DNA from: Octopus bimaculoides
Taxonomy: Eukaryota
Direction of reading: 5' to 3'
Assembly: GCF_001194135.2 (NCBI RefSeq)
Contig: NC_068982.1
Coordinates: 191,210,933 to 191,274,932, forward strand
Length of the DNA stretch: 64,000 nucleotides
The position numbers and the translations under genes are program-made. How positions within the stretch are numbered: position 1 is the first letter of the stretch; each line of letters begins with the position of its first letter. Of the stretch, positions 1-13,232 are shown in pieces. The notes beneath the pieces are model-generated. The model had not been told where the DNA came from. It did not search any database and saw only the letters and a list, made by a program, of their open reading frames with translations.

Positions 1-329
1 CATTTCAGCGACTGGAATGGATGAAGAGTGGCTCTCTTTATGTTCCAAATTCTTTGGTGATGTTGAAACCATTGACGAAAACAAAGAAAAGAAAACAAGA
101 CTGGTTTGATAAGAACTTTTGCACAATTTTGTTGGTTTCTGAATAAACAAACACGGAGGCCCACAGGCCAGTTCTGGACACACTCAAGCACCAACAGTGG
201 CGAGTTCTACGCAATGGAACTCACTCTACACAGACAGCGACTGTACTTGAATCTTTGTACTTTGATTTATAAATAAAACACTTTACACAACAGGGAAGTA
301 CTCTAATTCAACATAACCAGATCCAATCA

Positions 330-1457
330 CGTCAAATAGTAAAAAATAGGCATCCGTCGGTCTCAAGAGGCCAAAAAAATCATGCCAGCTGCTGATGGTG
401 GTGCAGCTTCTGTTGTGGCTGTAGAGACCCACACGGGAGTGGCAGCCAAGCATACAGTGACTGCATTGGAAGCAATTCTTTGCTGGTTTTTCCTTTTGTG
501 GCGAGTTCCTCTTTCTCTTCCGCTCTCTTCATTTCCTTTTCCAGGATTTGCCTCCAGTATGGGCGATCATTTGCGACCTCCTCCCATCTCGGAACGTCCA
601 GATCAAGCGACTTCATATCTTTCGTACAGACGCCCTTGAAGAGAAGACGAGGTCGTCCTCGTACTCTTGTACCGTGGCCAATTCCTCATACAGGAGGTAT
701 TTTGGGATCCTTCCGTCTGGCATGCGATGAACATGGCCGAGCCAACGCAAACGACGCTACTGGAGCAAGATGTGTATGCTGGGTATCTTGGCTCGGTTGA
801 GGACTACGGTGTTGGCGATGTGGTCGGTCCACTTGATGTCCAAGATGCGTCTCAAATTACGATGGTGAAAGACGTTGAGACGCCGCTCCTGTCTAGAGTT
901 GAGGCTCCACGTCTCACTGCCGTAAAGTAGCGTACTAAGAACGCACGCCTTATAGACAGCAATTTTGGTGTTTGCAGCCAGTTTTTTGCTTTCCCAGATT
1001 TTCTTTGTGAGCTTGGCAAATGTGGAGGATGCTTGTTCGATTCGCCTGTTGATGACAGGGTCCAGGGAGAGATCATCAGCGATGGTAGAGCCGAGATAGG
1101 TGAAATGATGCACTACCTCCAGCTTGTAGTTGTTGATGGTGGGGGTGTGATTGACCCATTACTTGGGTCTCCTTCAGACTTGTAGTCAGGCTGAATTCCT
1201 GACAGATGTTTTTAGGGATTGTCCACTTCAGAGTGCGCTGCCAGTGCTGCATCGTCTGCGAACAACATTTCTCTGATGAGTACGTGGCGCACCTTGGATT
1301 TTGCTTTCAGCCTCGACAGACTAAACAGTTTGTCGCTTGATCTGTTGTGGATGCAAATACCATCTGCTGATGTCTCAAATGCATGTTTCAGCATGACTGC
1401 GAAGAAGATAACAAATAGGGTGGGGGCCAACACGCAGCCTTGTTTCACGCCACTACA
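330..1457 (-). mobile_element. 5'-truncated, frameshifted RTE-BovB-type LINE (RT C-half and 3' end)
   Basis: Minus ORFs 1212-1448 (KQGCVLAPTLF...MLFADDAALAAHSE) and 757-1113 (HFTYLGSTI...YKACVLSTLLYGSETW) are RTE-clade RT motifs. Confidence 0.92.
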
Positions 1458-1465
1458 TCAAATAA

Positions 1466-2115
1466 ACTCTGTGTGTGCGTCTGTGTGCGTGCATGTGTGT
1501 GTGTGCGCGCGCGAGAGAGAGAGAGAGTGTGTGCATATGTATACATACATGGGTAAATGGATACGCATATGGATAGATAGTTTTACAGATAGATAGGTAC
1601 ATAGGTAATATGGACAGACGGGCACAAACACACACATACACACATACGTATATACAAATGAAGACTTAAGCACATGACCATATACACACAGGCACACTTC
1701 ACGCAAGGACACATAAGGAGACACACATCCATACATAACAGCCGCACATACATAATCACACAAATCCATACACAGACACACTCAAACATGCACATACAGA
1801 GAGACAGAGGTACACACACAAATACGTACACACACGCACACACACACACACAAACATGAACACACAAGCACATGGAGAGGCAGAATACACGCATACATAC
1901 AAACGTACACACATGCATACATATATATTTATATATATGCATACACACAAACATGCAAAGTACATACATACATGCAAACGTGCACACGTACATAAATCTG
2001 TATATGCAGACACACACACACATACACACACACACACACATACATACATGCATGCATACATACATACATACATACATACATATGTGTACGCGCACGCACA
2101 CTGACACAAATGCAT
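1466..2115. repeat. Compound (CA)n/(TACA)n/(GT)n microsatellite
   Basis: Direct reading; generates the spurious YVCM/THTH ORFs. Confidence 0.95.
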
Positions 2116-2664
2116 GAGTACGAAAAGAAAAAAAAGAACGCAAATTCCGATAACGGACAGAGTGAACGACTATTGAAAAGGTTGCAAGTTACAACGAAAA
2201 TTGTAGTAAAAATAAGGAAGTGGATGATTGGAAATCGCTGAGTGTTAAATTAATAAGGCACTAAAAGTGAACGACTCTCCCCAGACGCAATGATTAAAAA
2301 AAAAATCAGTTTAAGGGAAATAACTCAAAAAGTGTAGCAGAGTTAATTCCCTTAACTGTTTTTTATTCTACTTATTGGATGATGTTGGCTCTGTAGTCGA
2401 ACCTCGGAGATGCACTTTTATTTTTCTAATGTTTTAAATGGTGATTCTTTAACCCTGGCAGGAACACTCGTTTTTGTCACCATTATGATCATCACCACCA
2501 TTGCACCACCATGCTCGTTCATTAGAATCGTTGTTAACAGAGTTCTTACTTTTGAAAATGGTAGTGGTAGGATGGTGGTGGTGGTGGTGACGATGGTGAT
2601 GATGGTGTTGGTGAGCCCTTATACTTGTTATTTTTAACATACCTCCACGCACGCGCGCCTGTAT

Positions 2665-2706
<42 letters not shown>

Positions 2707-2747
2707 ACACACTCACACACACACACTTATATACATACGTACGTTAA

Positions 2748-3090
2748 GACGCATGACTCAGTAGTTAGACTGCCTGGCATACAATCATGGGGAAGTGAGT
2801 TTGATTCCGAGACCGGGCTGTGTGCTGTGTTCTTGAGCAAGACACTTCATTTCTCATCACTCCAGTTTACTCAGCTGCAGAAATGAGTTGTGACGTCACT
2901 GGTGCCAAGCTGTATCGGCCCCTTTGCCTTTCTCTTGGATAACATCGGTGGTGTAGAGAGGCTGGTATGCCTTGGCGACTGCTGGTCTTCCATAAACAAC
3001 CATGCCCGGACTTGTGCCTCGGAGGGGAACTTTCTAGGAGCAATCCCATGGTCAGTCATGACCAAAGGGGGTCTTTTCACTTTTACTCTT
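2748..3090 (+). mobile_element. tRNA-derived SINE with V/Meta-SINE-like central segment
   Basis: tRNA-like head (gactcagtagttaga...gagtttgattcc) followed by tgtgttcttgagcaagacacttcat...ccagtttactcagctg...aaatgagt, resembling conserved SINE core domains. Family assignment is from recall. Confidence 0.65.
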
Positions 3091-3097
3091 TTAAACA

Positions 3098-3101
3098 CAC
3101 A

Positions 3102-3146
<45 letters not shown>

Positions 3147-3273
3147 TCACACACACACATACATGCATGCATACATACATGCATGCATGCATACATACAT
3201 GCATGCATACATACATGCATGCATATATACATACATACATACATACATACATACACACACATACATACATACA

Positions 3274-3307
<34 letters not shown>

Positions 3308-3310
3308 CAT
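3098..3310. repeat. (CA)n/(TACA)n microsatellite (similar tract at 3780-4105)
   Basis: Direct reading. Confidence 0.95.
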
Positions 3311-4724
3311 GCCTAAATACCAATCTTGAGAAATTATGCTTCTCAAAACCAGGAAGAAGAAAGATGATTCGAAAACAACAGATCCAATCCATCACTGGAA
3401 CTGTAAAAATCTGTAAAACTTTCCTCCAGAAGTTTATCCTTTAAATATATATATATGAACATGTCTAGATATGTAACTATATGCATGAGAAGACATACAT
3501 AAAACAAAACACAAATTTGCACGTATACATACATACATACATATACATGTCTATATTTATATTGAATGTTGTTGTACATGTGGTAAATATGTTTGAAAGT
3601 TGTAGTTTATTTGGTATGTTTGTTCCCAAACAGCACTTCTTTTAGTGCTGTTGACACCGCCGGATTGAATGGTACTGCCCAGGTGTCGAAACCATAATGA
3701 TATCCGTGGGGCAGCTGATGATGGACGTATGTTGGAATGTTTTTGTATATGTGGAATAGTGTTATAACACATCCTTTTGATACATACATACATACATACA
3801 TACATACAAAAACACCTTGTCACTGATGTTGAAATTGCAATGAAGGAACCTTGGATCTGGGTTAGAAACCGGTTCTTTCTCTATTGGCAAGAAATCTTGA
3901 AACAAAACGGAATAATGACACACATGCATACATAAATACATATGTACAAAGATACATGCATACATACATACATGCATACATAATACATAAATACATGCAG
4001 ACATGCAGACATACATAAATGCAGACATACATAAACACATACATACAGAAATGCATGCATACATACATACATACATACATACATACATACATACATACAT
4101 ACATGATGGTTGCGATTCGATTGCAATCAACGCCTTCGTTTCATTGTTCTCTATGAGCAATAAAGATGTGACTTTTCTCTTCTGCTAGGGACCAACACAC
4201 TTTTACCTGAATGTAACTACAATGGGTGCCTCTTGCAGCAGACATTCAGAGAGCTTACCATTCATGAAAGCTTACCATTCCTTCATTTCATCATGGAACT
4301 TTTCCTTAAACGTGTTTCCTCTCATGGCGCCATTCAAACACTTAATAGGGATATTAAGAATCGAGTGATGCCTGAATCTTACGATTTTCAAAGTGAAGAA
4401 AGGCCCTGCACAGGTTCAATCCTACCCTTTAAACAACATATATATTGGCCCCCAAAAAAGAAGAACTATTCCACAGCAATGGATGCAAATGAAGGTGTTT
4501 CATGAGAGTTTTTTGTTCTTCCTAGAGAGATGTCTAAACAAAGACTAGGAGACTCTCTCGTTCCCAGATGTTGGATGATCATTGATTAGACTGAGTGCAT
4601 CCAACGTTTGCATTTTCTTAGATGAAAACCATACATATTACCAAGTAGGTTTGGTAGGGTTGCCGGCTTAGTCGCCGACGGCCTCCCGAGGTACACACGC
4701 GTGTGCGCACGCGCACGCACACGC

Positions 4725-4760
<36 letters not shown>

Positions 4761-4828
4761 GTTTACCTTTCTGTATTCGTCTTTTGCAAGATTCTTGTGT
4801 AAACTCGTGTGTTGAAATAGATATTGTT

Positions 4829-5456
4829 GTATTTGGGGACGGTCATGTTGCCAATTTAGCCAATGAAAACACACGCACTATTTATTCGGTATTCGCTTGC
4901 TTCAACCTAAATAGAAAACTAGAATGGAACGCTTGGATACACCCCATACCACAACCTGATGACAGAATTAGATCGCCATAAACTAATAATAATATGAAAC
5001 TAATACAATAGATAATAAATAAGTGGAATTAAGTAATTAAATACATAAACAAAACATAAATTAATAAAAAATTAAGATAAAAACAAACCAATAAATAAAA
5101 TGAATAAAATAAAATGAACGTGAATAAACAGGGGATACTGATGATGCAGGAACCATACACATTTCCCCCCCCCACACACACACACACACACCCTTACCAA
5201 ACGTAGACACACACAGGGATATAGGCATGTGCAAATAAAGACACAACAGGAACACAAAATGGCAGATGGTTAGGACGGAGAGACACACACAAAAAAAGAA
5301 GAAAGCAAAGGATTACTGATGAAGTCACAGAAGTGTGACGAAAGAACTCTGGTCAAAATATAATTAATATGAAATAAAGCTGAAGCAAGCGAACACCGAA
5401 TAAATAGTGCGTGTGTTTTCATCGGCTAAATTGGCAACATGACCATCCCCAAATAC
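4829..5456. mobile_element. Penelope-like remnant with 78-bp inverted arms and a hammerhead core
   Basis: 4829-4906 is the reverse complement of 5379-5456 (4 mismatches). A hammerhead core at 5311-5354 sits just inside the right arm. Confidence 0.65.
5311..5354 (+). ncRNA. Minimal type-I hammerhead ribozyme-like motif
   Basis: GAUUA-CUGAUGA-A-GUCAC(AGAAGU)GUGAC-GAAA-GAAC-UC-UGGUC: intact core, perfect 5-bp stem II, stem I with two G-U pairs, very short stem III, CUC triplet. Confidence 0.65.
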
Positions 5457-7194
5457 ATTATATATATATATATATNNNNNNNNNNNNNNNNNNNNNNNNN
5501 NNNNNNNNNNNNNNNNNNNNNNNNNNNNNNNNNNNNNNNNNNNNNNNNNNNNNNNNNNNNNNNNNNNNNNNNNNNNNNNNTATATATACAGTAAAACAAG
5601 GAACATATCTATATATATTATTTAGAATAGACATAAGAATTACGAGATACAAATACATGTATATTTTTACTTTATGTAATTCTTATTTTTATTCTAAGAA
5701 ACAACTACAACATCACAGCAGGAGGAGGAGGAGGAGGAGGAGGATAATTAGGCATCCCAACGGAAAGGACAGTAACAGAGAGTGCACAGTCAAGGAATAA
5801 CATCCCTCTAAAAAAAAAAACCCATCTCATACCAACTTTCCCCTCCTCTTCCGAATTTTCACCAAATAACGAAGTTGAGGAGGATCGGAGGGGAAGATTG
5901 AATGGGGGGAATTCCAGAAAGGACCCCACCAGAATTCTATAAATATTTGCTGTTAAAATTCCACCATGACATGTAGGTTTTCAAAATAATAATTACCTAA
6001 TTAATGCTGCAGGAGACCTTTCAGGGATCTCTAAAAAGCAAATTGCCCACTTAATCTGAATGTAGGGAAATGAACTCTGACTAATTAATCAATATTGAAA
6101 GTCGGTTGTTTAATGACCACCGGTCACTAGATTTAAATGTGGTAGCGATCAGCGAGACTGGAATTTCCAGGATGAACATCATCGTCGTCGTCGTCGTCGT
6201 TGTCCTCCTCCTCCTCCTCCTTTTTCAATTGTGAACCCTGCTACGCTTATCTCGGATTGATCAGGTGATTATTCATATGATTTGCTTTTATCTCGAAAAC
6301 GCAACCCAGCAGCCACCCACAATTCTCGGCTACCCAGGATCCACTGACTATCGCTTGTGCTTGCACGACTGTGGTGTGAGGGTGTTTATTTTTTATCCGG
6401 ATTTACATATTCGTACACATCAACATAAGAACAAAGGACAGGAAGCAATGAAGGCGTCTGATCCTAACAAATAACACAGACGGGTGCATTTTCTACAGGA
6501 AAAGATAAAGGTGAACGAGAAAATATGTGATAAAAGAGGGTAGATGCATAATCAACATATTTTCCTGCCAAATGAAAGCGTTTACTTGTAAAATGGCGCC
6601 GTAATTGATACTGAATACTATTGACTCGTTGTTCAATTTCTCCTCACAAACAAGACACTGGGAATAGGTCATACTTCTAGTCCATATTAAATGAAGCTGG
6701 ATGATAGATAAAAATCGAAACTCTGTCAACTCTTCTGACTCTTAACTGCATTTAATGAGCCTCTTTTACTTTACAGAGTTGATTCTATGCCATCGCTCTC
6801 ATTAACTAATCCACAACGACCAACTATCAATCTGTACAGACTGCCTGTTAGGGTATTCTCAGTGTAGAGTCTGTCGTTGCGTGTCATTCGCTTCTTCCTT
6901 GCCATAAATCAATTCATTTTGATTGAACTTCTATCTAGAATGTAAATAACGAAGAAATTAACAAAATATAGTCAAGTGATTCATACAGAAATTTCTAAAT
7001 ATTCACTAACAGATCACAAATTTTACAAATGGAGCTAGCGAATGATTTCAAACCATACCATCCACATGAAGTAGTTTCCCTTGTTAATGATTTTAGAACT
7101 CTGTTCGGAGTGAGGTGATCTCCCTTCATTTCACTGGTCTGACTTCAAAGTCGAAATAACCACTTGATCTGCCTTGACCAATTAGAACTAATTC

Positions 7195-7800
7195 CATTTA
7201 TTATTCAACAGTGGATTGAGCATCAAGGACAACTGAAGCTAAATTTTATTGACTTTAAAAAGGCATTTGACTGAGTCCTTGTAGAGAGTTGTCTTTGCCT
7301 ATGGCATTCCTCAACGTTTTGTTTAAACCTTTAAAGAATTTAAGGCAGCGAGTTGGAAGAATCATTTGAATGTCTGGAAAAATGCTTAGCAGCGTTTCCA
7401 TCTTCATGTTCTGAGTTCAAATTCCACCGAGGTCGACTTTGCCTTTCATCGTTTCGGGATGGATATAATAAGTACCAGTTGAACACTGGGGATCGATGCT
7501 TCGTTCGAACAGAAACAAGCAAAATAGACTTCTTCGACATCCTTACTGGAGTGAGTGTTCTAAAGATAAACAATAAACATACTCCATGGAGGAAGACAAA
7601 AGAAACAATAGGCAAAACTGACGTTGCTCGCTAAAGATGATAAAAACCTTACAACAGCTGATGAGGACTGGAAGAAAACGGTGGAAGGATTGCTCTGAGA
7701 ATCAGTATGAAAAAGATCAAAACAACGAACTTTACAGAACGTCAAACAGCAAAGATCAAAAGAAACACGTGATCCAAGTAGCAGAACAATGCCATTCTAA
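7195..7800 (+). mobile_element. Degraded LINE RT fragment interrupted by a SINE (about 7342-7499)
   Basis: 7248-7271 reads IDFKKAFD (RT motif). After the SINE, FDILTGV continues an RT-like pattern. Confidence 0.6.
7342..7499 (+). mobile_element. tRNA-derived SINE family A (other copies about 10190-10292, 15170-15370(-), 19440-19565(-), 22590-22760(-), 33440-33650, 33700-33870, 40870-41060(-), 48360-48580, 60120-60340)
   Basis: Shared core gagttcaaattcc(r)ccgaggtcgactttgcctttcatcctttcggggtcgataaaataagtaccag with B-box, repeated many times in the window. Confidence 0.9.
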
Positions 7801-10790
7801 AGCGACATGAGAGAGGCTTGTAGTGGCGCAAAATTATGGCCGCTATGCTAGGAAGTGCAATTACGCATGTGCAAGGGACTTGCCTTTCCAGAAGCCCCTC
7901 GAGTGCGCATGCGTAATAAACCAGTACTTAAAGCGTTTCGCGCGCTTTCTAACATCTTTAGCGCGATGACTTCGAAGTGAAAACAACTCGCTCCGCTGGG
8001 ATGGCTTAACGAAGTTCTTGATCTCCCCATGCTGTTTACACGTCAACCAGAGGCGACCAGGCTGACTGAAACCGTGTTTGTAAAGCCAAGCAACAACAAA
8101 TAAAACTTATTTATTATGCTGTTATTTGTTCACACCTGCGTTTGTTCTCTGTTTCCTAGTATATTTTATTGAAAGATGATAGAGAAAGACTAATGTCTCA
8201 ATGTCCCTATCAACCTTTTACAGGCTAACATCATGGCTGGATGCTGGAAAGCACGCAGCTGCCCAACGGGTTCGAGAGTAGAGGAGGAACTGAGACTGTG
8301 ATTCTGTATGTGTATGAAACTCGGAGTATTTTAAGAATGACTCGCCAAATGTTTGCCTCCGCATCATATAATGAATGTTCCTTTCTTCTGTGTGGATATA
8401 TAAATGTGTGTGTGTGTGTGTGTGTTGGCGAGTCTTCCGGCGATCTATATCATTGCGAAAATTGGGAATCGGGCCTTTTCGAATGAAGTCCCTTAGTCGG
8501 TGAGATAAACAAATCCATCAGAATAACAGTATTGTAAGATTAACGACGCCATTGTTCGCTTGTTCACTGTGATAATAAACAAATAAATTGATAAATAAAT
8601 AAAATCGCCTCGCCTCTCTCGAAACCCAAATTAGTTTTAAACTGCTGCATTTTGTAATTAAAAAGGCGTAGTCGCATTGTAAATGAGAACTCAGCTATTT
8701 CTTGATATATCATAACAAACGACATATCATAACATATTTGTCTCAAGAGAAATAAATAAACAAAAGCAATAAAAAATATTTCTGCGAATGAAGTAGAAAA
8801 GCAAATATTAATTTAATCTTACGATAATTTTTACCATGATGGGGCGAAATTTCACCCAATTACTAATTATCGGTAATTAGGTGAAATTTATTACCGGTGT
8901 TGTCGCTAACACCGTCTCTGGATTTCTCGTGATTTTGTGTCACTTCTGTTCCTCTTTGCTAAAGTCGCCGTCCATAAACCTAGAATGCGTCCCATTTCTA
9001 AAATCTCTCAGTCCTTCTCTTAAGACTGTCGTCTGCTAAATAGCCATCGCAATCTTCGTTAACATTTGCATATCGCAAAATTACATCGCTGAGTGCTTCC
9101 TGACCTTCAGAAATTCAAAATTTTGTTTTGTGTTATTGAAGACAACTGGATTCCCAACGATAACTGACTGATTGAGAGAAAGATGGGAGAGAGAGGGAAA
9201 GAAAAACAGTGAGAGACAGAGAGTAAAAGAGACAAAAAAAGGTAAGAGAAGGATAGATATCAGTAATATTTCATTAAGAGAGAGAGAGAGCGAGGATGGA
9301 GTAGAAGAGGTGGTGTGCGATGCTAACATTGCACTGTGTAAATGGCTGACATAATCATATTGTTGTTAGAGCAACATAGAGTGACTTTCATTGCAGTGCC
9401 TCAACCGTAACGACAGTCTGTTGGACACGCTTTCTCTCCAACGTGTAATCGCTGCCGGAAGATCAAATGGAATGAGATGTTAGAATTAATTAGAATTTAA
9501 AATATAGGAATACACTTTACTGGTTTCACACCAGATTTTCAAAAGTGTATAGTATATGGAGCTGTGTCGCGATTTGCACCTATTCTGATCGTTGTTATAA
9601 AAATAGTTCGTTTTGAAAGTAGGAATGACTTGAGAATGCTATCCGTTAACGTACAAACTGATTGGTCAACGTTCGTGTATTAAGTTCATCTGCCAGTCGC
9701 ACGAAAAGGTCACATAAAAGCTCATTTCCATATATATCTTATTAAAAAAAAATGAGTAGTGATAGTCGTACCCCAAAGTTTTTCCTAATAGTTCGTCAAG
9801 CGACCTGATGAACAACTACATTTGAAGCTCCGAAGTTACAACTTACATGCATTTCATTTGAATAATGTATTTACACTCTACAATTGTCGATTTACGTTAG
9901 CCAACATTTTCAGTGTTTCTTACAAAGGCATACTACATATACATGCATGTATATAAACATGCATACATATACACATATATGGAGTTTCTTTGTGAAACAG
10001 AAGTCGCAAGACACTGAGACATTTTTTTTATTATCTGTACTTTATCTAACATTGCTCATAAGATGTCGGTGATCTGTTCTTTATCTCTCGAGTTCCAAAT
10101 ATGCTTTGAAAGTAAAGTAGTATTTTTCGGGTGGATATGAAGGAATGAACTTTGGTGTGTATGACTCTTGAAAAAGTACTGTATAAGCAGTATTTCGTCT
10201 GTCTTCATGTTCTGAGCTCAAATTCTGCCGAGGTCGACTTTGCCTTCCCTCTCTCCCGAAATTGCTGGCCTTGTGCCAAAATTTGAAACCAATATTTTCG
10301 CGCTGTGGCTCATGTGGCATTCAATATTTTTTGAGCAGGTATACCTCACCTTAATTTTATTTTTGTTGAACAGCTAGTGGAATTTATGGCTTCTGGAAAT
10401 GTTTTTTAATATCGGTTTTTACACCAATATCATATGGCGGGTTATAACATTTAAAACTTCTTTTCTTAGTAAATCGAGGCAGATTGCTATTCGTGGTTGG
10501 TGAGTGATTTATTTCGAGGTATCGCGGCGATGCTTCATGGGAGTACTTTATAATACTTTGAAATAGTCTCTAGTGCGCTGCAAACCAGATGAAGATAGCT
10601 TTGTCAAAGGATAATGCATTTATCTTCTCACAGGTGTTCACTGTTCGATGTCGCTGGGTGGATAGTTGTGCTTGAGTGGATGCACAAAGGAGTAGATGTG
10701 CAATGGGATGCTGTTAGCTTTCTTAAACAGTTCGTGTGAGTTTACTTCCAGAATGGCGCCCAGGAAGTTTAGTATTGTAAGACGAGCAAA

Positions 10791-10931
10791 TATTCCAATC
10801 TCCAAAAGTTGATACTCTTCAAGGCAGAAGTGAGGCCCGCAATGGAGTATTCGGTCCGAATCTGGGACGTTGCTGTTACTCTACTCGGAGACATCCTGGA
10901 TCGCATCTAGACAAAGACCATTCGACTGATT
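10791..10931 (+). mobile_element. Jockey/CR1-like LINE C-terminal fragment
   Basis: Translates YSNLQKLILFKAEVRPAMEYSVRIWD...ILDRI*TKTIRLI, resembling the LYKAxVRPxMEYxxxIW...LDRIQ post-RT motif; contains an in-frame stop. Confidence 0.65.
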
Positions 10932-11604
10932 GTCTTTTTAACCACTAACAGACACATTCCAGTCTCTGCTCAATGAGTATGCTGTATCCTTTCTCCGTTT
11001 TTTTTTCTTTTCGTTACTACCCCCACCCACGCATCATTCTTGTTGCTTCTACCTCTCACCCTCCGATCTCACACGAATCGTTATGTTCAATCCTTCTTCC
11101 TCAAAACCTAGTCCCACTAGAATCTATTCCTTGCTCATGTCTCTCCTGCAGCTGTTGAGCCACAACAATTTCGATGGAATGTTAGCGACATCAAACTCCA
11201 CTGGTCTTGTAGGATCTGAAAGATCTCATGGACATTTCCCCTCTCCTCAAACTCAACAAGTAAAAAACCCTTACTCGTTCGCTACTTAACATCCTAGGCT
11301 AATATCCTAACTTAACAACACTTCTCACTTACTCTGCTTTCTAACGGTTTTCATGACCGATATTCTATACAGTGTCAATATGTGTCATGTCTATTCAACC
11401 TGTTTATACACATGTAATTTTAGGACAACTATTAATGTTGTCTGTTTTTTTACTGTCTGCTATGAATTAATCAAATCTAACTCTGAAGAGATACAATAAT
11501 CCATATTTTATAATATGCATGAGTTAGTCGGGATATTGCATCGAAATGGTCATAGGTCATAATAAAGTTTTTACAATGGATCACCTTTTAGCTCTTATTT
11601 AAAT

Positions 11605-11637
<33 letters not shown>

Positions 11638-12355
11638 NNNNNNNNNNNNNNNNNNNNNNNNNNNNNNNNNNNNNNNNNNNNNNNNNNNNNNNNNNNNNNN
11701 NNNNNNNNNNNNNNNNNNNNNNNNNNNNNNNNNNNNNNNNNNNNNNNNNNNNNNNNNNNNNNNNNNNNNNNNNNNNNNNNNNNNNNNNNNNNNNNNNNNN
11801 NNNNNNNNNNNNNNNNNNNNNNNNNNNNNNNNNNNNNNNNNNNNNNNNNNNNNNNNNNNNNNNNNNNNNNNNNNNNNNNNNNNNNNNNNNNNNNNNNNNN
11901 NNNNNNNNNNNNNNNNNNNNNNNNNNNNNNNNNNNNNNNNNNNNNNNNNNNNNNNNNNNNNNNNNNNNNNNNNNNNNNNNNNNNNNNNNNNNNNNNNNNN
12001 NNNNNNNNNNNNNNNNNNNNNNNNNNNNNNNNNNNNNNNNNNNNNNNNNNNNNNNNNNNNNNNNNNNNNNNNNNNNNNNNNNNNNNNNNNNNNNNNNNNN
12101 NNNNNNNNNNNNNNNNNNNNNNNNNNNNNNNNNNNNNNNNNNNNNNNNNNNNNNNNNNNNNNNNNNNNNNNNNNNNNNNNNNNNNNNNNNNNNNNNNNNN
12201 NNNNNNNNNNNNNNNNNNNNNNNNNNNNNNNNNNNNNNNNNNNNNNNNNNNNNNNNNNNNNNNNNNNNNNNNNNNNNNNNNNNNNNNNNNNNNNNNNNNN
12301 NNNNNNNNNNNNNNNNNNNNNNNNNNNNNNNNNNNNNNNNNNNNNNNNNNNNNNN
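11638..12355. other. Assembly gap (others: 5476-5580, 14065-14612, 21796-22251, 27394-27944, 36129-36138, 36346-36355, 43685-43694)
   Basis: N runs, mostly next to (TA)n or other simple repeats. Confidence 0.99.
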
Positions 12356-12989
12356 TAGAAAAGAAAAACAGTGAGCACAAACACATGCACATAAATACTG
12401 ACGCACACCGCAATGTGTTTTCGAAACCTCAAGTTTCATTTTGCAGATGTTTGTGAGGCGTGGCAGTGTGTATGGACGCGTGCCTACCTTCTTTCTTTCT
12501 TTCTTTCTTTCTATCGTATTAAATTCCGATATAATTGTAATCTGCACCGTCTGAAAAGTACTTGTAAAAAGGAGGTTATGAGGAAACAAAGTCGACTCGT
12601 GTCAATTTTCCAAAACTCCTCTCCCCACTCACGGAAAATAATTTTTAACTTATTTAGAAAATTTCATTAGAAATTATCCATTTTCCTGAAAGATATGAGG
12701 AAACAAAGTCAGAAGGGCACACTTGTGTAGGTATGCCTATACATACATACATACATACATACATACATACATACATGTATAGACATACACTACATTACAT
12801 ACATGCATGTCTACATCTACGTCTACACACTCTTTATATTACTCCTCTTTTTGTCTCTCATTCTCTTGTCTCTCTGTCTCCCTCCTTCTCTCTCTCTGAT
12901 TCCCTCCCTCTCTCTCTATTACTCTTTCTAACTTCGACGCTCTCTCTCTCGTTTCCATTCTCACTCTCTCCGTTATTGATTCTACTCAC

Positions 12990-13232
12990 TTTCTGGGGAC
13001 GTAATACGTCGAAATACATGACGTCACCTAATTCATTCTCCACCGACCTCAATTGAGTTGGATTACAACATTCTCGCCGCCGCCTCCTTCACCCTCTGCA
13101 GTTGCCACCCTTTTTATTGCCGAGTACCTTTACCAAACAATAAATATTCTAGTTCCAGCTGCGGCTTTCGCTTTCACATTAAATACCTTCGGAACAACAC
13201 ACACTTCCCAACTGTTATATCACTCAACGCAA
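12990..13232 (+). promoter_or_regulatory. Candidate promoter and non-coding first exon of the LITAF-family gene
   Basis: Perfect CRE palindrome TGACGTCA at 13019-13026 in CpG-retaining unique sequence, followed by about 170 nt without ATG ending at a strong donor GCAA|GTAAGT (13232/3). The coding exon at 37205 has an acceptor and needs an upstream exon. The link is inferred. Confidence 0.4.

Noticed and set aside
87-116. KRKQDWFDKN, similar to the RTE linker motif DWFDEN
   Set aside because: Too short to call; at most an old LINE scrap.
1453-4188. Many 60-190 aa ORFs rich in YVCM, THTH or RERE (also at 21.3, 34.3, 38.1, 39.5, 42.7 and 54.2 kb)
   Set aside because: They are translations of (CA)n, (TACA)n, (GA)n and (ATT)n microsatellites, with no splice or domain support.
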